Below are positions 1 to 11,492 of a stretch of 64,000 nucleotides of DNA, piece after piece. A model generated the notes under the pieces. That model was not told the DNA's origin. It was given only the letters and a program-made list of their open reading frames with translations, and did no database searches. Source of the DNA: Patellaria atrata CBS 101060 (taxonomy: Eukaryota); assembly GCA_010093705.1 (NCBI GenBank), contig MU006089.1, positions 1,366,455 through 1,430,454 of the forward strand, in the 5' to 3' direction. A program made the position numbers and the translations under genes. Position 1 is the first letter of the stretch; the number at the start of each line of letters is the position of its first letter.

Positions 1-796
1 GATACTTTTCATTAACATCTCGAAGAATGTTCTTCCTGGTTCGCCAGGCGGTACAACTCGGATAAGGTCATAGCCTTTCTCAATACATTATGATCCTTCA
101 TCCGGTATTGGACCTTTGTAAGTCACTTGGAGCCAGTTTCGAACATTATTAATGTCAGTTGTGCTAGCTGCAGGCCTTCCTTTGAGTCTAGAGAACATCT
201 CAATCAAGTGGGCTGTCAAAGAATTAGTGATTGTATGTCGCCAAAACCGCTTATTATACAAAAATCATGAGAGATGAAGGACGTGTTAGCAGAACAGATC
301 TCTTTGACTTGACTAACATTCGGGGTGTCTGGGTCTCATCCCCAACCTCGAGGTAGCAAATGTTTCGAGAAATCGATGAAGAAAGCCCAACTGATTCATA
401 TTGACTCACCATTGTTTTCCAACTTCACAGTCAGCTTTTTTAATATTTCCATCCTGCCCTCATTCAGTATTGGTGAATCTTGCTTCATAATTCTTTTGTC
501 AATATCCTTCAATTGCACTTCAAGGCAGCATTAGAATTACTCTCGGGTAAAGTGACCCAAATCTACGCACAACAAATGCATCATTTGAAGAGGCCATTAA
601 TAAGGAGAACAGCTGGATGACCTTTGAATCTCCAGGGTTGGTCACGTTTCTCTTGTTTCGATATAAATGCGGGAACTGATGTCGACATCGGCTGTGCCGG
701 CAGAGGAAGCGGTACAGGAGCTAGAGGTAGTTCCATGCGCGAAGTTGAGCAAGGAGAGTCTACTTCGGACGAACTCTGCGCATCTGACATTTTCAT
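1..796 (-). pseudogene. Degenerate DUF6594-like fungal protein gene, runs off the left edge
   Basis: Manual minus-strand translation across frameshifts: QPWRFKGHPA / FSLLMASSNDAFVVRRFGSLYPRVILML / LEVQLKDID, then RPAASTTDINNVRNWLQ...EGS*CIEKGYDLIRV with an in-frame TAA at 88-90. Resembles the recalled DUF6594 pattern GYP-F---MAS--D----RRF--L--R--L. Confidence 0.6.
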
Positions 797-1542
797 GTTT
801 GTTTTGGTGCAAGATTGATTGGTATGCTGATATTCTTAGGGTAATATGTTGAGCTTTGTGGGATCCGTTCTGTTGATTGATAATTGAATAACGGTCTAAG
901 TTCTTTTTATCTCCTACGCAGCACAGGTTGTCAGAAACAGGGGGAATGACAGAGCGTGGGGTTGTGAAGATGAATTAGAAGGGTTATCGCTTTTCCTCCT
1001 TATGTTTTAAGCACAGAGGAGCAGATTCTAAGCCGCTTCGTTGTGACCAACAAACCTGAGCAAGCCTTGCGTTGCACCAGACGGATCTGCATGTACTCTA
1101 CTCTGCCTCAGCTCGGGAAACATCTCGACAGGTATAGGAATTGCGGGTGAAGGCCTGATTCCACGCGAAGCGAGATGATTTCCATACGGAAAGGGTCAAA
1201 GCAGGGCGTTGAAAGGTCAAGTTGAACATGAAATAGGAACGTTGTGTCCCCCCTGCGGCATCCGATTCTTCGTTAGATGTGTACTCTTGACCGTCCAGAT
1301 TACCTAATTGGTCTAATCCCAAGCTCTTCAATTTGTCGATGCAGCTTTCCGTACATGGGCAACGTTTCTGCACCACTATAATTAAAGAAGTCAACCAGCC
1401 ATTATTGAACCTTCGATCGCCCATTCACCAAGAGCAGAGGGGAAAAGACAATGCAATACAATGCGGATAGGCGAAAAGCTCGGAGTGCTTTCGAATGAGT
1501 CTACTGACTGAGCCCCCTCGTGGCTTCGTGTGGAGTCCGCAT

Positions 1543-1715
1543 TGTCATGACTCAACCTCAGATGAAAGCTGAAAAGTATATTGCTATATGTACATGAAGC
1601 TTAAACTTAAGGAAAGAAAGTGTTGAGACAGCATATGCTGTTCTACTAAAGTATAGTATGACTAAGCCGCTGGATCATCCAAGGCACTTATACCTATTGA
1701 GTCTAACCCGTGACA
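1543..1715. mobile_element. Solo LTR (copy 1) of an LTR retrotransposon
   Basis: 173 bp bounded by TGTCA...TGACA and flanked by a 5-bp target-site duplication CGCAT (1538-1542, 1716-1720). Near-identical copy at 50198-50363. Confidence 0.9.
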
Positions 1716-3513
1716 CGCATAAAGAGCGTAGAAGCCTTACACTGCTGCACTGTTTGTTTGTTCATAGAGCACATCCCTTTGCGCAAGGCCTTTTTTTGAA
1801 TCTCGTCTTCCTGACCGTGGTACAGTGCGAAGGCCCCTTGTTGGATAAAAAACATGAATGTCAACAACGCCTTCCTTACCGCAAAGAAGATGAGTATGAT
1901 GGAAGATGAGAGTGAAGATAAAGATGATGATTCCGACACCTCAGGTTAGAGGATTGCGGATGAAGAAGTGAGACAAGGAAAGATCGGGATAAATGGAACA
2001 AGCAGCCGATGCCAGCGACGCCCCGACCAGAGCAAATCCCCACATTTTGCTATTTTACATATCATCAACTCCCTTTCGCATATATATCGACATCAACATT
2101 CAACACCTGCAATCATATGCGCCAATGACGAACACTTCACCAAGTGATGCTATGTGGCCGTTGCCTCATCACTCACACACTTCTTCATCTCCGGGGTTTC
2201 AGTCGATCGCGCTCAGTCTCAGTACAGAGTACCACTATTCTCACCATAAACCTCATGCTTACCCTCAAGACCCTGCTACACATTATTATGGTGGATCAGG
2301 TCAGAGTACGGTGTATCCACCCAATCCTTAACCCCAAAAGTATGAGCTCCTTCAGAATGTGAAGTCAATCATACAGTGAGGATCCAACCAACTATTAAGA
2401 ACGTTCTCCCATCACGGCATCTCCCTCCAAGTAATTTCCAGTATCAGTCTCTTCCACAGCTCTCACCTTCTCATCAGAAAACTTATCCATACTCGCACCA
2501 GGGCCAAGGCTATGCTCCAGTGGACAGACCGATCCCTTTCCCAGACCTCGTAACCAGCACTACCCATTCCATCAACATTATACCTTACAAACCCCTGCCG
2601 TCTTTGCATGTCTATATTCACATCGCGTTCCGTCATACGGATACTGTAACAGCAAATTGAACGATTTTAGTGAATTGTCATATCACAACTATACTCTTGC
2701 ACGCTAGATTTCGGAGGGAACCCACGAGCCTAACATTTTAGCAACTTCGGCGGCGATGAAGACACCTTGGGGATATCAGATCACTGCCTTACTAATTGTA
2801 TGGATTTAGCTACTGTTACTAACGGTCACAGGAAAAAGGAGCAGCTTCCTCTCAACTCACTCATTTTCTCACCATAGAAGGTGTATTAATTTGCGTTTCC
2901 GACGATATTCTGTACAAGATGAAATATACTAATCGGTGCCCAGCACAGAGCATCACAGCTAGGATCCAATAAACTGTTTGATGTCCGAATACGACTACCG
3001 TTAAAATCCTCTTTCAGGTGACTTCGTTCGTAAACGGTTCACATCCCAAACCCCGTGAGTGGACCATGCATATTGGGCAATTTCCACAATGAATAACGCA
3101 GTATTCGATGCTGTGTCAGTGCGAGTTTAAGCATTAAGTGTGATAGAACGTCCTGAGTCTATTTAAACCTCTCGGCACTATATTCCACCTTAGAGGGCCA
3201 GCTCCTATACGCTGCAGATTGCTTGTCACACGCAGTTCAACAACAGACCCCAAAAAAAAATTCGTATTCAACTGCATGAGTCTTATCGCACTCATGGATG
3301 GAAATTAGTCTGAGGAGCTTACAACATATAAGCCTTGTAATGGCGCGCTCGCTCAGTGGCTCTCTGTTGAGTTTTGTCTTATTCCCTCGTCTAGCTTCAT
3401 CGTATTCTTAAAGGCTTTTTCACTCATGTTCGTACAATACAGTTTGCAGATTACTTACAAGCAATTTGCTAACGGTGGTGGCAGATCAGTTCTTTCACAC
3501 CACAAAGCCTAAC

Positions 3514-5433
3514 ATGCTATTTCTTCTTAGGTGTAGCCCCTTCTTGTGGTGGTCGTTTCTATTTAATTACAGCCATGGCTTACTTGGACTACCATCTCTA
3601 CTACATGCACCTCAAGGTTGGTATCTTAATGGTTTAGATACCGTTCCAAAACTACACACCCGTGGTATCCAACCGTTCGAATTACTACTGGGATATACGA
3701 ATAATGGCAGTACGTATGTTAACATCAGCATCGGAATACCTCCCCCCCCCAACAAGCAAGTCAGCGTTGAAATCGACCTTTTCGAGGTGTGAATGGTCGT
3801 AAATCAGCAAGTCCACTTTACGAACATAATTGAAACGGTAAAGCCGTATGTTCTTGGGGCACATATGATGATGCATCATCCAGTAGCGCAAAAATTTCTC
3901 TTTACGGTCTCTCTAACGGGTCCTTTATCAATCTATCAATCTTCAGCAATTTTTCCGAGCCTAGTGTGGACGTTGGATATTATGGGTATGACCTACTTCA
4001 TGTAGGAAATATCGCACTTGATAATCAACTCTTCGAATTTCATTATCCTTCATACCATGGAGTGGGTTTCCCATCTCCAGACGAACCTCCAATTTAGTCT
4101 GCAACCCGTATGGGAACTCTCGGTTTGCTCCCATTTCAAGAGAGATAATCAAGTGCAGAACTTGCCCCTTTCCACGAATGACTCGAGTCGTTCTTCTCTC
4201 TTAGCTGGCCTCGATAACTACGGAATAATAAGTAATCCTCCGTTTGGTATTTGGTTTAACCGTCTGAATATATCCACCGGAACTATGTTAATTGGGGCAT
4301 TGGATAGAAGAAAATTCGAAGGCCAACTTCATGCACTACCCACGGCTGCGAATCCAAATTCAACAGGGTGCGGTGGAGGCTGTAAAAATCTGATGAATAT
4401 ACATCTACCAACGGTCGAGAACGGTATAAATGGACCCACAATGGAGACCCACAATGGCTAGACCAGCTGGGAAATAGCAGAAAGCCAACAAATCTATATA
4501 TCTTTTAGGTCTCCTTACTCCTTACTGAATCCTATCGTTGTTTATGATGTCCGAAGAGCTCTAATCGATTTCGATGATCCACAAGACGATGCTATGCCGC
4601 ATGAGCTCTGTGGTAATATTAATTTCAATAAGTCTATCGTTATTCCATTCGAGAGAGAGATGATGCTCAGAATCCCAGTCTTTAGACTTATATTCCAAAA
4701 TGGCACGTCTGAAAATAATGAATCTTTATGTAGCTTAGGTCTCATCTCGACGGATCAGAATGGTCCTGTTAATGGTCGTTTATATCTTGAGTATAATTTC
4801 CTGCGCAATTTGTATATGTCCTTTGACCACCGAAAGCTGAATACACGTATCTCTGTCGCACCGGCGCGATTCGATACTCAAGACTCAAATATTATACCGA
4901 TCACCGAAGACGTTTGGAACTCGGTGTCAGACAATCCAGGTGATTATCTCCTGGGAGCGATTACGAATTCCAAACCAGACCTCAGCCGTGCAGACATTGC
5001 TGGGTTATCAGTAGGGCTAGCAGTCGGTACAATACTAATTATTTTTGCAGTGGCTATATATTTCCGCCGCAAACGAATCATTATGTTTCTGAAAAGAATG
5101 ACGAAAAATTTACCAGTAGCCGAGTTAGGATCTGATGAACAGAACAGGTCCGGTAGAAGCTCCGGGCGAGTCACACCAGGTAACAGCGGAGATGTTAGCA
5201 CCTCTACATGGGTTGTAAGAACTTCCGGAGATAAGCCAAAAATTCACGAGGTTCTTGCTATAGAACCCGAGAGTCAACGTGCTTCGAGTCATACCTCAGC
5301 AGCAGATGAGGGAAGGCCAGAAACGGGCGATTCAGATATTGTAACTTCTCTCACGGTTCCAATAAGATACAAAGGGATAAGTCCCTCCAATTTTCTTTTC
5401 TTACGCTATTGTGCTAATATACTCAAACTATAG
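3514..5433 (+). pseudogene. Disrupted pepsin-like (A1, yapsin-like) aspartic protease with a C-terminal TM segment
   Basis: Fragments YVNISIGIPP..VSVEID, CSWGTYDDASSSS, GYYGYDLLHVG, MGTLGL, FGIWFN..GTMLIGALD..KFEG, LEYNFLRNLYMSFD..ISVAPA, and TM IAGLSVGLAVGTILIIFAVAIYF. Stops at 3790-3792, 4095-4097 and 4459-4461 plus frame changes. Neither DT/SG catalytic motif is intact. Confidence 0.7.
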
Positions 5434-5575
5434 GGTTGGCTTACCAAAATCATAGATTGATCGGAGGACGGTTGGATCATGATCCGTGAATATATACGCC
5501 CGATGTCTCAATCAAGATCTAATCTGATGAGACCTCTGCTTCGCCATACCTTGCTTATATATATTTTGCGACCCT

Positions 5576-6849
5576 TTAAATACCAATAACCTCTCTGATC
5601 TTCTTAGTCCAAGGATAACCTTGCCAGAAGGAGGCCCGGTTAGGCATGCCACCGTTTGCGGTCCAGAAGTTGACGGGGCTGGGGTTTCTTCTCGCGGTTG
5701 GGTTGACACCGACATCGATGAATCCGTATAGACCGCTCTCGACGGTATTGCCCAACTGAGTGATCTGAACGACTGGGTTGTCGCCCCCACCCTGGCCTTG
5801 TTTGAAGAGCTGGTCCTGGCTGTTCAGGGTTAAGGCTTGCGTGTTTGTGTTGTATGGAGCCGTCTTCTCAACAGATGAGAGGAGATTTTGGTCAAAATAG
5901 AATTGACCAACGTGAGAGATGGTACCTCCTTGGATGGTATTATTAGGAAGCTTGGTGGCGCCATGGTGGATGATGGCTATTTGGGTTCTTAGCATGATCG
6001 AAAAAAATCAAAGGGAAAGAGAAAACATACTGTGGAGATGATTTGGGCGGCCGGTGTAGTGGCCTGGGACGACGGTGATAAAGCTGGCAGTTCCGTTGGC
6101 GCTTGTCGCCTGGAGACCGCGCAGAGCGGAATTGTTGATTTCTTGAGGAGCAGCGAGTCCCACTCCGTTTGTTTTGGCAACAACTCCGGTATAGACGCCC
6201 TGGAACATGTAAGCACTGCAACAGATGATAAGAGACGTGCACCTACGGTAGAGTTGCACCCCCATAGTTCAACATATATGTTTGGAATCGGCTTGCAAGT
6301 CGATACGTCAATGACGTTGATATCCAAGTTGAGTTTTACTCCCTGGGTACCCTCGAGGACGTCTGATCGGATAAGTTCACCGGATACCCCTGTCACATAT
6401 TACTATCGAAATTTCATGAAGTGTAGAATACTACCTACAATATGGGCCCTCGGTAACTTCAGGATCGGTAACACATGCGGCCCGCTGGCGCTCCTCAAGC
6501 GGTCCTCTGGGGAGGAGGTTCTCGTCCGCGCCTAACACCGGATCGATCTCTCGCGCGTGGACTATGACGGTAAGCTAAATTGCATACCGCCTGCAGAACC
6601 ATTGGCTTACTCACTCGGTGCGTGGCCCAATTCTGCCCTAAGCGCATTCGCCCTCTCCAGACGTCTTGCGAGTCTGTGCTTGTAGTATCCGCTCTCATGG
6701 AGCTCGCGGGTACAATCAGCAAGCGTTCGGCGACTTGGATTTGCAAGATGCTCTGCTCTCTTCTGAACTTCGGCATGGATATCGGCGCCTGGGTGGGCGA
6801 CTACGCCTCCCGTGAGTGCGGCACACAGCACAACCTTGAGAAGCTGCAT
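5576..6849 (-). CDS. Secreted intradiol ring-cleavage dioxygenase-like protein (multi-exon)
   Basis: Signal peptide MQLLKVVLCAALTGGVVA followed by HPG. Motifs PEVTEGPY, VELWGCNST-GVYTG, LRGLQ, PGHYTGRPNHLH (candidate Tyr/Tyr/His/His Fe ligands) and HVGQFYFDQ. Confidence 0.88.
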
Positions 6850-7624
6850 TGCGAGAGGATGAGAAATGACAGTGTGAAAGAAGTGAGTAACAGGTTGGTA
6901 TAGCGGCAGCCATAGATATATACTTTAGGGTTCCCGGACTTGAGAGTCTCAACAGGTGGCTCAGTTTCGCATACGCAGTTCATCAATCTCTGTCTGCCGT
7001 TCCAGTCACTGGAATTGAGATAATCTCTAAGTCTTGGTTCTCAGGCGTGATATAGTCTATATCCTGGCCTTTCACCAGTCATCAATAATTGTTGGATTCT
7101 GAATGGTCTCAAACAAATGAGTCTTCCTTGCCAGCCTTTATGGTACATTGGTGCGCTAGACCCAGTTGACCAGTTTCTGAATTATTACGTCGCCACCCTC
7201 ACAAGGCCTATAATCACAGGGATAACTGCTAGACTTTGCCAACATTCAAGTTCAATCAATTTGAGGGAGGTCGAATTGACTTCACTTGCGAAAGGAGGAT
7301 TTTAGATGAGCTTGAACTTGACCGACAGGGTTTCGGGCCGGATTGATTACAATTGAATTGAGAGGGATTGGTTGGTGATAGGTCATTTAAAACACAATTG
7401 ATCGTCAGCTCGACTCTAATAAGGTGGAAAACATGTTACATGCTTAAGCTTCCTCTCTTAATTCCTTATTAGATTGAGGTGATCTGGAGGTGACCATCTA
7501 TACTGGGGTATTGCACGTGGTAGTTCTAGGGGAAGGATCTTCTGGGGTAATATAAATTAAAGCGGGGGACCGCACGTGGCTGTAGCCTTAGATACAACGC
7601 CTATAGGGAAATTAAAATAGTTTG

Positions 7625-8015
7625 CCGCCGGCATTTGACGTCGGATTTCGGACTACAGTAACGCATTTCGGTAAGAGCATTTAGTTCTCTTTCTTACGTT
7701 CTTCTAACTTCTCTTCTTACCTTCTCTTCCTTTAGATCTCCTCCCTACCTTCTCTCCTTAGGTTCTCGAAACAAAGACCGGGGTCCTTTCCTTGGCTGAG
7801 CTGCTTCCGTTGATTATAATATCCTATAAATTGTTGGAGGGATGTAGAGATGACAATCTATATAGATACCTAGAGTGAGGGCACCATACGCACCATTCCT
7901 GTTCTGGTCCGAAAATCTCCGGCCGATGAGCAGGAGAGAGGAAGAGAGATATCCCCGAGCAATGCAAATCAAGATCGCTTCACCGCCGGGAATTTAGACA
8001 TCGGTTTTCGGACTA
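7625..8015. promoter_or_regulatory. Duplicated CGG-N4-CGG element in the divergent dioxygenase/tyrosinase promoter (candidate Zn2Cys6 sites)
   Basis: ccgccggcatttgacgtCGGatttCGGacta (7625-7655) and ccgccgggaatttagacatCGGttttCGGacta (7983-8015); both are followed shortly by cggtaag. Confidence 0.5.
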
Positions 8016-8280
8016 GTCCGGTAAGGAACACCAGGTCCAACCGGCCAGGACGGCGTTAAATTCGGCCTTCTGCCGCCAGTTGGAGATCATGTTGCTGTCT
8101 AATCTCATGGACGGTAATGACGAAAAAGCTTCTAAGATTGTCGAAAGTCGAATGATACTCTAAACTCTGTCTATCGTCGGGAATGCGGAAACGTGGAAAA
8201 GGATGAATGGGGTATAAAGACCTTTGACAGTGCTTCGCAATCTTCTGTCACTCACTTATGCAATAGGGAACTCATTCGCT

Positions 8281-9554
8281 ATGGCTTCATTGTTTCGCAC
8301 GAACACGCTCTTGCTCTTATGTCTTGCGTCCAGCGCATTTTCTGCCTGCACAACAAAGGCGAGACGTCAAGCATGGTATACCCCTTCTATCTTCCTTAGG
8401 GACAATGGACTTGAAAAACTAAGCGGCTCTTGACAGGCACACTCTGAGCAACACCGAGAAGCTCGAGTACATCAACGCTGAGCTTTGTCTGATGCAGAAG
8501 CCGACGAAGCTCGGTCTCCCTGGCTGCAAAACGAGATTCGACGAACTGCAGGCTGTGCATCAACTTCAAGCATATTCGACTCATTTCGTGGTATGCGAAC
8601 GAAGCCATCCATGGCAGAGGCAGGTGTTGCAACTTTGAAAATGATGTTGACGTGGAGTAGGGCGCTTTTCTTCCCTTCCACCGCCTGCTTATGCAGTCAC
8701 ATGAAGATGCTCTCCGAAACGAGTGTGGCTACACTGGCCATCAGCCGTAGGTGGTGCCTACACATTACCCGATGGTCGAACGCTCACCTTGAAAACACAG
8801 GTACTGGCAAGAGCAAATCGATGCGGGCAAGTTCTCACAGTCTGTCCTCTTTGACAACACCTACGGCTTTGGTGGCGATGGCTCGGGGCGCGGAAACTGC
8901 ATCTCTACGGGCCCGTTCGCCAACTACACCAATCATATTGGGCCAGGGTATCAGCTTACGGACCACTGCATTGATCGCAAAATCAACAATCAGATCAGCT
9001 CAAGTTCATCGCAGAGTAACGTGAACCAGTGCTTGCAGCAATCTAGCTTTGCCACGGCCTGGCCCTGCATCGAAGGGTTGCCTCACGTTGGAGGACATGC
9101 AGGCGTTGGGGGTCAGGTGAGTGGGATGTCAATATCCCAATAACTTCATAACTAATGCTTGTCAAGATGCAAAACGGAGTTTCCAGCCCCGGAGATCCTC
9201 TCTTTTACCTCCATCATACCTGGCTAGACAAGATCTGGGCAGACTGGCAAGCTCGGGACAAGGCGAAGCGTATAATAGACATCAGTGGCACGAACATCGG
9301 ACCGGATAACTCCCCTGGATTCCCACCAAGGCCCGCAAATATCCCGTAAGTTTCCACTCGTTCATGATATTGACAACGGACGGTCCCAGGCTCATATTTG
9401 CTCTAGGAAGCCAACAGGTGCCGCGGGCGATCCAGGCACCACAACCACTCTGAGCCATGTGTTGGACATGAAAGGAAACTCGATGAACAAGACTATCGGT
9501 GATGTCATGGACATTGCAGGCGATTTTCTGTGCTACGAGTACGTTGAGCCTTGA
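8281..9554 (+). CDS. Secreted tyrosinase / di-copper centre protein (multi-exon)
   Basis: Signal peptide [22 protein letters not shown]. Cu[26 protein letters not shown], Cu[38 protein letters not shown]-terminal LCYEY. Canonical GT-AG introns. Confidence 0.9.
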
Positions 9555-9971
9555 GAGATTGTCACTGGGGGTGTGGATCAGGATTAGTCAATTTCTTATC
9601 CTGCGCTACGTGCCAACATAGTCGTCCTACCAGACGTCAAGATAAAGATATGTACTCTCGCTTCGTCATGGATTTGTCCAATTTCCAACGAATCGGAGTG
9701 TTTAATGAGGTATGCGGTCCACTGGTGCTCAAATTTGCGTGCTCGCTGTAAACATGGGCCCCCTGGAAAAGTAATATATGACACATGGAGGCGTCACCCT
9801 ACGATATATTGAATCTAAAGTTGACCTCCTTGGCACATGAGGGGGTGGATAAATTGGATGAATGCAAATTGAGGGGTTTAGAACTAATCAGCAGCCTGCG
9901 ACTGACAAAGACATAAGTTAGCGCGACTGTTCAGACGTCTCCCCCGTTCTTTCCCGACCCATCACCCAGCT

Positions 9972-11492
9972 ATGCTCTCCGATCCGGCCGTGGACCACCT
10001 CGGTCTTCAGGAGGCTCACATCATGCCGCAGCCGTGCGTCGCCGGGGCCTGTGACAGCTGCCATCGGGTGAAGGCGCGCTGTATTCGCGGCCCGAGCAAC
10101 CCAGGCCGTTGCACCCGCTGTATCCGTCTCGGCCACGTGTGCGACATTCTTCGAAATGTCCTGCGACGAGGCCGCCGCTCACACTCGAGCTCACGCGGAC
10201 TGGTGTGGGTCAATCAGACGCGGCTATATAGGACTCAGGCCCCCAAGTCCGGCAAACAACAGGAACGCTACCTGTCCCCTACCCGCTCTATAGAGTCTGA
10301 CCACCGCGAGCTGGTCGTCTTCCAGTCGGTCTCGCCTCCTTCACCCTCCTCGCTGCTCGAGAGCCATCTTAGTGGACAATGTCGCCTCTCAGACGAAGCC
10401 CTCTTCCAGTCCATGCGTAGCATCGACCACTTCCTAAGCTACTTCGTACTCGGGCCTAGCTTTTCCACTAACTTCCAATCCTTAGTGGAAATCGGCTTAT
10501 CTGAATACAGGGAACTCGTTCGGGAAGGCTGCTTGGCCTGTGCGGGAGCCGTATTTCATGCTCGAAGTAAGAAATCCGGCTTCGATAACATCAACTTTGA
10601 ACGGAGCGCCGTTGGCCTCCGCAAACTGCGCCGCGGAAATGTGACCAAAAGAGACACTGGGGCATTTTTAGCCCTGGGATTGACCTTAGCGACGTTCGAC
10701 CTCATCACATCCGGCACCTCAGCGCACATGATCACCAGATTTACCTTGTCGCTCATAAACCTGTCGCATCCCTCTATCTGGATGGACCCTTGTATGCAGT
10801 CGGAGCCCCTATGCCTTATCTTTATGGACACAGTCGAGTGCCTGTTACGGCGACAGATTCCGGTCATCAGATATAGAGTCCGAGACCCGTATCTCGTCGA
10901 TCGGTTGATCGGTCTCTGCTCGCCCTTGCTGCCCATCATGTACGATGTTTGCTGGCTTGCTTACGAATCTAGATCCAGAAGTTCACTACTGCAGCAATTG
11001 AGTCCTAACTTATTTGATGATCTGAACGAGCTCGTGGCGTCCTGGCGTCCCCGACCATCGCCGGACTTGTTGAGCAAATTCTCGTCCCAGGAAGTAACTT
11101 GCATGCTAACCCAGGCGCGCGTCTTAAGGATGGCCGTCTCCCTGGTGCTACATCGACTGAAATATCCATTCGGGGTAGAGGACCGAATGGCTACTCGACT
11201 CTCAACTGACATCCTCTCCGAGTGCGCCATCTGTTCCAGCATAGTAGGAGAGGCGGACAAGCTCCCGCAGACATTATTCCCCTGGATGATGGCTGCGATC
11301 GAGGTCACGTCACCGGAGAAGAGATTGATGCTTCTGGGAATGGAGCTTCCGAAGAGCCGAGAGATTTTGAGCGTGCCGACGGCAAAGATGAAGGAAAGCA
11401 TTCGCTTTGTGTGGGATATTAGAGATGCTGGGTATGCCACCTCCCTATTCGATATCCTCGAACAGGCGCCCATCTACGTCGTCCCACTTTAG
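9972..11492 (+). CDS. Zn(II)2Cys6 transcription factor (intronless; start may be 10023)
   Basis: ACDSCHRVKARCIRGPSNPGRCTRCIRLGHVC binuclear cluster. C-terminal fungal TF domain (MDTVECLLRRQIP, VDRLIGLCSPLLP, LFPWMMAAIE). Confidence 0.92.
   Translation: MLSDPAVDHLGLQEAHIMPQPCVAGACDSCHRVKARCIRGPSNPGRCTRCIRLGHVCDILRNVLRRGRRSHSSSRGLVWVNQTRLYRTQAPKSGKQQERYLSPTRSIESDHRELVVFQSVSPPSPSSLLESHLSGQCRLSDEALFQSMRSIDHFLSYFVLGPSFSTNFQSLVEIGLSEYRELVREGCLACAGAVFHARSKKSGFDNINFERSAVGLRKLRRGNVTKRDTGAFLALGLTLATFDLITSGTSAHMITRFTLSLINLSHPSIWMDPCMQSEPLCLIFMDTVECLLRRQIPVIRYRVRDPYLVDRLIGLCSPLLPIMYDVCWLAYESRSRSSLLQQLSPNLFDDLNELVASWRPRPSPDLLSKFSSQEVTCMLTQARVLRMAVSLVLHRLKYPFGVEDRMATRLSTDILSECAICSSIVGEADKLPQTLFPWMMAAIEVTSPEKRLMLLGMELPKSREILSVPTAKMKESIRFVWDIRDAGYATSLFDILEQAPIYVVPL

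Noticed and set aside
1720..2700. Short ORFs 1703-1939, 1993-2331 and 2376-2660 as genes
   Set aside because: No recognisable motifs or consistent splice structure; possibly an old relic but unsupported.
9972..11492. Zn2Cys6 TF as regulator of the PKS cluster
   Set aside because: Separated from the cluster by GH43 relics, a GH43 gene and a 2-kb gap, and the cluster has its own adjacent TF; not strictly excluded.
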